Positions 6,645 through 16,100 of a stretch of DNA of 31,078 nucleotides are shown one piece after another. The DNA is from a virus (Duplodnaviria; Caudoviricetes): the IMG/VR virus record IMGVR_UViG_3300025120_000308, positions 1 to 31,078 of that record; one strand, written 5' to 3'. Position numbers and translations under genes: made by a program. The number at the start of each line of letters is the position of its first letter. The stretch's first letter is position 1. The notes under the pieces are model-generated. The model had not been told where the DNA came from. It saw nothing but the letters and a program-made list of their open reading frames with translations, and did not search any database.

Positions 6645-8597
6645 CTAAGGCATTCCAAAAGGATTTTTCTCACTAAAATCAATAACTAGATTTGCCTCTC
6701 TTTGAATATTGTCATTATCTGCAAACGGAGTAACATCATCGTAAATACCTACCGTTCTAATAACACCAACTGCAGAAGATTCTGAACCAGTGATCGTTTC
6801 GCCTGCCTTGAAATCGCCACTAACTATTGAGATCTCAAGAGTATTAGATACTGCATTATATTCCTTAACTCTTGCTGTTGTTCCGCTAGTACCACCTGTA
6901 ATGATTTCATTGTATACAAATGAACCACTAGACGTAACTATTCCAGCAACTGGTTTTGACAGTGTAACATCTGGTGCAATAACATATTTTGCTCCACCAT
7001 TTGAAATATAGATGGAAGTAACAAATCCTGCAGAGTTGATAGTGGCAATACCTGTTGCTTTTATAACTCCATTTACTTCTGTGTAATAGTTTTTCTCTGA
7101 GGTATCATTTGAAATTGTAACAATAGGAGGAGAATTATATCCACTTCCACCAAATGTTACAGTTATGCCTGTTACTATTCCACAATTTTGTATGCCTACT
7201 TCAACATTTTGAGTTGTTGTAGCAAGACCAACAGTGGAATTATTCACAACAAGAATTGAAGATCCAATGCTCGTTACAAAAGTATCTTTTGGTATAATAT
7301 AAACTCTTTCATATGGACTATCATATCCAGTCTGCAATCTTACACGATCACCAACTACCATATTAGTGGTATTGATTCCTGTAATGACTGTTGACCCTAT
7401 ACCTATTGTTCCAGAAGTTATAATAGAATCAAATCTTATTGTAGAAATTCCTGTAGCAGTTCCTATACCACCAGTTGGAGTACCAAAAGTCACCGTAGGT
7501 GCCTGTTTATAATAAACACCTCCTGTAGTTCCATGTGGGAACAGATATGTAGATGCACCAATACTAATAGGTGCTCTTAATACACTATCAGTATCAAGAA
7601 TAGCAGTTGCTGCAGCACCAACATGTTTTGGAGTTGATATACCAACTATTGGTGCTGTAATATATCCTCCTCCACTATTTGCTATTGATACTGTCTGTAC
7701 AGAACCTGTTGGAACAAGAATACTAGTAGCAGCTGCCCCAGCACCAGTAAGACCTCCTCCGTGGAATGTAATAATAGGTGCTACAGTATACCCACATCCA
7801 GCATTTGTTATATTTACTGAAACTATTTTTCCTGATGCTCCATCACACCCAATATAATCATAAGTAAGTGATGCTACACCAACTGCTGTTGTTCCTCCTG
7901 GTGCGGAAGAGAAAGCAACTCTGGGTAGTTCTGTATACCCTCTACCCATATTTGTAACTACAACAGATCCAACAGAACCAGTTATGCACAGATTTGAGGT
8001 TGCCGTTGCTTGTGTGCTAACTCCTACAGCAATAAGTCTAAGAGTCTTGATATGTCCAATCTGTTCAATTTCTTCGTCAATATCTTCAATTCCAGTATCA
8101 ATAACTTCATCTTCATATCTAAAGAGTTCACATCTCAGTGTATAAACATAGTTCTTCTGTAGTTGATAAAACGGTTGTTCGTGTTCTACATACTTGATTT
8201 CAAATAATCTCTCTCCCAATGGAAAATAAATCAAATCCCCTTCTTTTGGTCTAGTTGCTAGTTCAATATTGGGAAGATTTTTAATCAACGGAGTAATATA
8301 CTCCTCAAACCTCTCTCTTGATACAACTAAAGTTAAATCATCTTTTTCTTGAATACCAAACCGTGATAGTATAGTTCCTTCTCCACCGTATCCATCATAG
8401 TTATCTACATATGCCTCAATAGGATATGCATTATCAAACTCAGATCGTATGACTTCTTTAATTACAGTAAACTTTGTAAGATATTTGCGAGGCATATAAT
8501 ATACCTCAATACCATACATTTTCAACTGTTCGTTGACGAGACTTTGGATTAATCCCTGTTCTCCTTTAGTTCCGTTTTGAAAAAATGGATTAAGCAT
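6645..8597 (-). CDS. gp14: Neck protein (T4 gp14-like) with large internal insertion, 650 aa
   Basis: EQ.LIQSLVNEQLKMYG.EVYYMPR...RPKEGDLIYFP...LFEIKYVEHEQPFYQL...Y.LRCELF N-terminal core and C-terminal DFSEKNPFG; follows gp13. Confidence 0.92.
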   Translation of the reverse strand: MLNPFFQNGTKGEQGLIQSLVNEQLKMYGIEVYYMPRKYLTKFTVIKEVIRSEFDNAYPIEAYVDNYDGYGGEGTILSRFGIQEKDDLTLVVSRERFEEYITPLIKNLPNIELATRPKEGDLIYFPLGERLFEIKYVEHEQPFYQLQKNYVYTLRCELFRYEDEVIDTGIEDIDEEIEQIGHIKTLRLIAVGVSTQATATSNLCITGSVGSVVVTNMGRGYTELPRVAFSSAPGGTTAVGVASLTYDYIGCDGASGKIVSVNITNAGCGYTVAPIITFHGGGLTGAGAAATSILVPTGSVQTVSIANSGGGYITAPIVGISTPKHVGAAATAILDTDSVLRAPISIGASTYLFPHGTTGGVYYKQAPTVTFGTPTGGIGTATGISTIRFDSIITSGTIGIGSTVITGINTTNMVVGDRVRLQTGYDSPYERVYIIPKDTFVTSIGSSILVVNNSTVGLATTTQNVEVGIQNCGIVTGITVTFGGSGYNSPPIVTISNDTSEKNYYTEVNGVIKATGIATINSAGFVTSIYISNGGAKYVIAPDVTLSKPVAGIVTSSGSFVYNEIITGGTSGTTARVKEYNAVSNTLEISIVSGDFKAGETITGSESSAVGVIRTVGIYDDVTPFADNDNIQREANLVIDFSEKNPFGMP

Positions 8598-8601
8598 AGC
8601 A

Positions 8602-9474
8602 TCAACCGATCAAATCTAACGGTGGAAGTTCATATGTACTCAACATTTTTTGTTTAATCTCATCGATTTCTCTTTGTCCGTCGTCAAATATTTGTCTACC
8701 ATTAAACTCAATGCCTCCGGGAAGTTTTACACCCTGGAATTTCATTAGATTTTGACCCCATTGTCTTTTGATAAGAGATGTTAGATATGGTTTTATGAAT
8801 GAATCATTCCATACTCTTGAGTAATCATTTCCATCTAATACAGACCAACAATCTAAAACTAAAAACTCTCCTGCTTTTAATTCCGCCCAATCTACGTCAA
8901 GATACATTCTATCTTGTCTTTGATTGAATCTAATTTGCTTATGAGTATTAAGTAAAAAGTTTATTGTTTCCAAATAACTCATAGTCATTGAGTAGGAGGT
9001 AAGATCATATCCCGTTGCTCCTGACCCTTGAAGACCCGCTATATCACTTAACATTAACTGATATTTAATGTTAAACATTCCAGAAGATAAACCTTCACTA
9101 TACTGAAATACTTTATTAATCCCAATAATTGATGGAGGAATTGCTATATAATTGCTATTTTCGTAATATGTAAATGTAGTATTAGATCCAGCAATATTTG
9201 CAGTTGCTGTAATACTAGTTATTCCTGATGTTCCACCATCGCCTGCAGGTGCTCCTGGAGGTCTAGCCTTTCCCCTATTAACATCTGCGTCAGTTACTTG
9301 ATACTTTAAATATATTTGACTTACCCCATCAAAGTGCCTTTCTTGGAAGAATTGCATAGCATCATCTACTAAATCTTGCAACTGCTCTTCAGCAACATTA
9401 ATCTCAACAACTGGAGCACCCAGTTGTCTTAAACAATAATCAATTAATTCTTGCCTAGTTGACGGTTTTGCCAT
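8602..9474 (-). CDS. gp13: Neck protein (T4 gp13-like), 290 aa
   Basis: RQELIDYCLRQLGAPVVEINV...FFQERHFDG...KRQWGQNLMKFQGVKLPGGIEFNG motifs. Confidence 0.94.
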   Translation of the reverse strand: MAKPSTRQELIDYCLRQLGAPVVEINVAEEQLQDLVDDAMQFFQERHFDGVSQIYLKYQVTDADVNRGKARPPGAPAGDGGTSGITSITATANIAGSNTTFTYYENSNYIAIPPSIIGINKVFQYSEGLSSGMFNIKYQLMLSDIAGLQGSGATGYDLTSYSMTMSYLETINFLLNTHKQIRFNQRQDRMYLDVDWAELKAGEFLVLDCWSVLDGNDYSRVWNDSFIKPYLTSLIKRQWGQNLMKFQGVKLPGGIEFNGRQIFDDGQREIDEIKQKMLSTYELPPLDLIG

Positions 9475-9499
9475 TATTATAAGACAGTTCTTTTTTTAT

Positions 9500-9506
9500 T
9501 ATTTAG
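9500..9506 (-). promoter_or_regulatory. Late promoter-like CTAAATA
   Basis: TAAATA core directly after the stop of the 128-aa ORF, ~26 nt upstream of gp13 ATG. Confidence 0.55.
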
Positions 9507-9893
9507 TTAGGTATCGGTAGATATTCCTGTAAAAACATTAATATTTCCTCTTGCAACACTGTAAAGACTACTTCCGACTCCCATTATAATGTCGTATTCA
9601 TATCTACCACTCCTGATAGGAATAGTAGTTGCTTTGGCGAGTGTTATACTAAACTCACCTTTAGTTGCATCTGTTATTGTTTCAGTAAAACTAGCAGTCG
9701 GGACACCAGATGAACCGATTGAAACAGTTTTAGTCATTTGTGAATACATTGTATGGCTAGTCAAATTGTAATTTGACCTATCATTATTCAAAATCTTAAA
9801 TGACTCCTCAAAATCAACACCAGTATACATTGTAAGGTTTACTCCATAGGGTGTCCTTACTGTGGGATCAAAAGTAATTGTATTATTTGCCAT
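9507..9893 (-). CDS. Conserved small virion protein, probable Ig-like beta sandwich, 128 aa
   Basis: NLTMYTGVDF...GEFSITL...T..I.SGRYEYDI...GNI.V..G pattern seen in small proteins upstream of gp13 in marine T4-like phages; overlaps upstream ORF by 11 nt. Confidence 0.65.
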   Translation of the reverse strand: MANNTITFDPTVRTPYGVNLTMYTGVDFEESFKILNNDRSNYNLTSHTMYSQMTKTVSIGSSGVPTASFTETITDATKGEFSITLAKATTIPIRSGRYEYDIIMGVGSSLYSVARGNINVFTGISTDT

Positions 9894-10107
9894 TTGCTAT
9901 TACTTGGAGAAGAGTTTTGATATCACTAAGATCATTTTGTAAGTTATCCATTTTTTGTTCAAGATTGTCAACTCTCTCCTTTTCAGAAGAGAGCCTATTT
10001 CTTGTGCTTACATAATTTTCATAATCATCTTTGTTTCGATTCACAATAGCACCCGTGGTGTTATCTCTAAAAAATCCATCCTTTCCTTCAATTGGTACTA
10101 ATGGCAT
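9883..10107 (-). CDS. Conserved hypothetical protein with C-terminal coiled coil, 74 aa
   Basis: IEG..GFFRD..TGAIVN...Y..Y followed by heptads (VDNLEQKMDNLQNDLSDIKTLL); starts 1 nt after upstream stop. Confidence 0.75.
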   Translation of the reverse strand: MPLVPIEGKDGFFRDNTTGAIVNRNKDDYENYVSTRNRLSSEKERVDNLEQKMDNLQNDLSDIKTLLQVIANGK

Positions 10108-10108
10108 A

Positions 10109-13100
10109 TCAAACCACCGCGATACATCTAAGATTTCTAAACTGAGGAATAATTGCCTGATTAGTAGATGTTCCTATTATTTTGATCCTAAACATATTAA
10201 AGGGAGTTAGATTATCTATAGTAAACTTATACTCTTTAAAGTGGTTCAATGATGGATACTGAGTGTAAATATCTGATGGTGGGACATATACATCTGGGCG
10301 ACCATCAGCATTGAACGGTTGAAGAATCGTTCCAAATTCACTCTGATTATTGATACCTGGGAAAGGAGTAAATACGCATTCTGTAGCAGGAAGATCTTGA
10401 TCAAGAGCATAGAACATTCTAACATCATTGAACGTTGAAACATATCCATCAATGAATATTCTCAAGGATGATGCTGGATTTTCCAGAATAATATTTCTGG
10501 TTACATACATCAAACTAGTTGGGTCACTTAAGATCCCCTTTGCTTTGCTATCTGTAGCATAGTTTGTAATAGGTTGATTTGCTCTATTAGAAACAAATAC
10601 AACGGCAGCATGATCAAGATCAATAGCAGGAGATAATCTATTATCAACGGTTAATAAATTAGTGTTCAAAGTCATTGACTTATTATATGGGAGACCGTTA
10701 AGATAACTTCTTTCATTAGTTGAAGAAACAACCATTCTTTGGTTATCAAAGTAATTTTTCTCATTAAGAGAAACTTCTTGATATCCCTTATCTAGGAAAG
10801 AGATTTCAGATCCACTAACGGATGTTTCAGAAACAGTTCTCATCTGAGTACTAATAGAAGTTCCATTAGGTGAAACTGTTCTCAATTTAGGAATGACGAT
10901 TGAATAAGGAAGATTGTATGTTCCTTTAACCCTAGTTCCTCCGCCAGTTTTACTAGTAAGGAAATACCGAGAACCTAAAGTAGGAGAAGTAGAACTTCTA
11001 TCAGTTCCATTAGCAGACATATTGATCTTGACGTTATAGTGGTCAAGTCCGATAGAATCATCAATAGTCACATCTGCAAATTGATGTTCTTTATTGATTC
11101 TTAGTAAAGAAATACCACCAAATTCATATCTATAAACCAGTTCATTTACATTGTGAGTAGCAGCAATAGTACTGCCAACTGACCTACTTGAGATTCCTAC
11201 CAAAGACTTACCAGCAGTTCCAGTATATGAAATAATCTCACTACCAATCTTTACATATCCAGGGTTGTTGACGCTAACAGGAAGACCTTCAAAATCTGCT
11301 AAATTCTCTGTTGAACCAACAGAAATTGCACCGGTATTTGCCTTAGTATATTGTGCAGAAAGTGCTGTTGGAGTGATATCAGAACCAACTTCCTTGAGAA
11401 GAACTCTATTCGTATTTGAATACATTCCATGATTTCTCTGGAATACTTTCAAATGGAGTCCATCGTTACTAACAGTAACTGGTGCGTCAGGAACCAAACT
11501 TCCACCTACACCTACATTTATGTCTGAAGTAATTCCTGCAGATGTAGTATATTGTAAGTAGTTATCTGCATTAAACTTGACTTCTCCTTGAACTTTGCTG
11601 AGTTCAAGTGCATTAAATCCAAGCAATGTATTAACAGACAATTTCATGTCTCTTCCTGGCAAGAAAGCATTACTACCAGTGGTCAATGGTGCCAGAACAT
11701 CACCAACATTGTACCCACTACCGCCTGCGTTGATAGTCGCAGCAATAGCAACTCCATTATTGATAGTAATATTAGCGGTTGCATTTACACCTTGACCAGT
11801 AAATGCTGTTAAAGCAATTCCAGTATGAGTAAACTGCGATGCTGCGGGAGTATATCCTATTCCTGGATTAGAAAGTCCAAGATCTCCAGTTGATGAACCA
11901 GCAAGACCTACCAATACTCCTCTAAAGTTAGATGAAGTTTGAGTAATTACGTCTCCGATTGATAGTTCTCTTCCAGCAACAACTCCTGTATTACTAATGG
12001 TTGTTCCAATCCCAACACTAATCGTTCTGGGAGTAATCGAAATACCATTTCTAGTGATTTTTTCAAGTTGCTGAGGAAGGTCTGGGTTAAAGAACTGAAC
12101 AACACCTTGAGATACGAACTGGCAGCGATAAAGAACAAATTTAAGGTCTTCATACTGACTTGGTGTCCATACCGAAGCATTCTGAGATTTGAACAAAGAA
12201 CCCAAAAGAGGTTGCTGGGTAACAAGAATCTGTCCTGCCTCTTGAGCAGCAGTTGTTATATCTGCTTCTCCTAATCGTGAAATCCATACGTTGTATTCAG
12301 TAACATCTGACTTAAGAACTACTGAATATTCTGTATTACCATTCAAATATACTGGAGAGTTGAAAGTGAATGTAGTTGGAACAGAACCATCTTCAGATAC
12401 CTCAACAAATTTTGGATCCAGAGATACTTCGGAGAATGGAAGAATAGTTTTAGTTGGAGTACCAAGTCTAGTCTCGCGAATATCAATAGTTACAGGAAAA
12501 TCTCTTGACTTAGATTGGAAGAATACATCAATTTTAGAAACATATATCCCAGTGATATCATCGATATAGAATGTTTGAGCAAGAGGATCTCCCCTGAATA
12601 CCACCGGTGGTGCTGGTGGATCTGCTGGTGGTGGTGGGGGAGGTGGTATATTAACAATGTTAATATCTTGTATAATACTAATTTCGTCGGATTCGCTAAC
12701 GAGTTCTCTACGTTCTGGTTCAAGGTCTTGGTCGGTTAAAACCCTAGCATTTCTCAACGAAAGAGTTACTTCTTGAGTATTATCAAGGTCACCTTGAGAA
12801 TAGAATATTTCTTGAGCACTAGTAGAAACTGATCCTTTAACTCTACTGTTAATTGAACTACTTGTTAGTCTAAACTCTGTTCTTCCAGTTTCAAAGGTTG
12901 GATTAGAGACGCTAGATGGGTCAGGAACACGGTAAGAACCAATCAAAGTACCAACTCGGTCTGTGATAAGTCTAACAGCTGTTACAGTCGCTTCTGCACC
13001 ACTTGCACGTCCTCTTAATGTCATTCCTGATTGAATGTATCCAAAGAACTCTGAAAAATCTTCAGACTGCAGACTGTCAGTATCTACATTTATAATAGTA

Positions 13101-16100
13101 GATGCTCCAGTATATGCAGTTGGCAAACTAGTTGCTCTAGTGTAAGGATTACTATCATAAATGTCAGAAGGCTCAGTAATACTTCCATACTTATGATTTG
13201 CCGCAGCTGCTCTGAAAACAATCTCAGGCAGAGAAGAACTACTGATTTGTTGACTAGAAACACTCCCAGGCATTGTGCCATCAATAGTTTCTCCTACAGT
13301 AAACGTACCAGAAGTCATTGTAACTTCTATAAGTTTAGGAACTGTAAATCTACTAACTGCTGTACCATCAAAGTAAGCATACATTTGCGTAAATGGTTTC
13401 ATTGCCTTAGCAGTGAACTTGATATTACGAGATCTCATTGTATGAGTGATCCCTCTATTTACGATTCTATCCCCAAGACTTTCAGTATTAATTACTTCTT
13501 GGATAGACATTTGTGAACCAGTTCTTGTCTGTTCAAGTGTAATGGCTCCACTGATAACTGTGCTTTGAACTGTTGAACGGTTCAAATCAACTCTTCCACC
13601 ACCAGCAATTCCTTGTCGCGTCATCGCCTGGGCGACAGCTGCCTGATCTCTTTGAGCAGCTGCTCGAAGTGACTCAGATCTTGCTGTTGAACTCAAATCA
13701 AGTTGAGCACCAACAGTTTCCCAAGAATCCCAAACAATAGGAGCAACACCAATTCTTGTTCCGTCCTCAGCAGTTTCAACTTCTGCATTAATCACATCAG
13801 CAAGTCCTTGGAAAGACCCTTCCATAAGAGTATCACGTATCTGCATTTGATTGGTATCAATCCAAACATCGACAGATGGTTCTAAATCAATAGTGCCTTT
13901 ATAGAAATTAACCAAGAATGGAGTAACATTTTCGAGTCTTGTAGCAAATGGTTGTTCCAACCAAACATTATCAGCATAATCAAGAGTAACAATATTACCT
14001 GTTCTGCGTACTCCAGCACCTAATAACGTATTGCCAATTCCAACTTGAAGATTTACAGCACTAGTGTAGTGAGGTGGTCTGAGAATTTTTCTTTTTGTAT
14101 CAATAGAGTTTTTAATTCCAATTGTAAGATCTTGTGGAAGTGTAGAACTAAAATTATCTACAAAAATACCAGACTTAAATCTATTAAGTCCATTAATATC
14201 TGGAACAAATGCATTGATAGTCGATTGTTCAAGTAAATTCAATGAACTATAATATTCAAGATTTTTAACTCTCTGTTCAATTTTAGAAATATCAACCATT
14301 TGATATCTCTTATGATCAATAAATGTTACTCTTGCGTCATTTACATTATAAAGATATGGAGGCAAGAATACATTGCCGACATTCATTCCTTCTGTTACAG
14401 ATAGAGGAAGTTGGGGAATATCATCTGGAGCACCATTCTTGACTGCAAATGATCCATTTTTATCAATATAAATTCTATCCGCTCTAGCAAGATAATAATT
14501 ATAACCTAGAGTAAAAGATTCATCTGATGCAATAACATTTTTTGAACTATGCTGTCCACCATTAAAGTTTCTACCAAAAAATTCAAATGGTGATCTTGAT
14601 CCAGGTGTTACAGCGTAGTTTGTAACTCTAGGTCTTCCATCAATAATATCTGTAACTCTATTGTTTCCAACAGATGAAATTTCAGTTGAGTAATCAAAAG
14701 TCCTGTAAGAATCAACAGTGGTGATGTCTCCAGTGTCCGAACTAGCATAATAAGCATTTGAGAAATAAACTCTCAACTTGGACGCCGCTTCGGAAACATT
14801 TTCCTTTCTTACAATTCTTGAGAAGTCATAGAACGAAGATCTTTGACCTTTAGAGAGATAATAATCTCTAGTTACGTTTTGAGATCCAAGTTCAATATTT
14901 GAAGCATTTCCCGAAACAGTTGATTGTGAGAATGATAGTGATTCACCAACTTCAAATACTATATCATTTAAGTAAACAAAACTAATAGTAGTATCGTTTT
15001 TCCTTTGAATATATTTTGCTTTAGCGCCTGAGGTTCCTCCTGAGAATGTTTCACCAAGAATAAAATCATTTGTGGTCGCTGAAGGACCATTCATGTTAGC
15101 AACAGAAAGATTAGGTGATTCGGGATCTTCTGTTGTTCCTGATTGAAATATTCCATATACGTCAATTACATCAGGTACATTTAACGAAATAATATTGTCT
15201 TGAACTCTTGTTCCAAAGGGATAATTTCCGTATATTAGTCCATCTTGTAACGTAGATTCTCCAACTCCAGAAGCACTATTTTTTGATTTGTCAATAATAA
15301 TACTATTAGTTGAATTTTTTAGTTTTATTTTAGATGTAATATTGGACTTACGAGTGGATGTAATAAGGGTTGCATCAGGATCTACACCGCTTAGACCTTG
15401 TAATTGAAGTTGAGTATTGCCCTGAGAGAATACAAATTTATCAGCAGTAAGAACTTCAGTTCCTCCATCAGACCTTAACAGTGAATATCTTTCCTCATCA
15501 AAGGCTAAAAACACCTCTTTAGCAGGATCACCTACGGAAAATACCTGAGAAAGTCCATCACTATCGATATTGATTGATGTGTTGTTTCTAATTACAATAT
15601 TACTTCCACTTAAATCTAATGATTCAATATTTTCTTTAGGTAATACGCTATAGATTGAATCATTACTTGAAAGATTTCCAGTTCCTTGAGAACTTTGCAA
15701 TCTAGAAGCAACTATTGAAATATTAGTAAGGTTTGTAGCAGTTGTTGGCGGCGATCCTTCACAAATACCAGTTACGGTGGTTATTCCAGTTACAGTAGCA
15801 GTTTTTCCATTAACTCCAATCACCCTTAAAATAGTTGGATCAGCATTATCTGCAATAGTATATCTAATCAAATTGCCTGAGGTAACAACTCCAACAAAAC
15901 CACCAGCAGCAAGTTCGGGAGCAGATATTGTAGAAATACCGGCATTATCTCTAGCAGAGATAGATCCAATACCTATTGAAATTGCCTCTCTTTGAACTGT
16001 ATCGGCATTAAATGTATTTGCTGTTCCAACAATACTATAGACTGATTTTACATCAGCAATTGAGTGCTTGTTAACTCCGGTAATAAATCTAGAAGTATCT

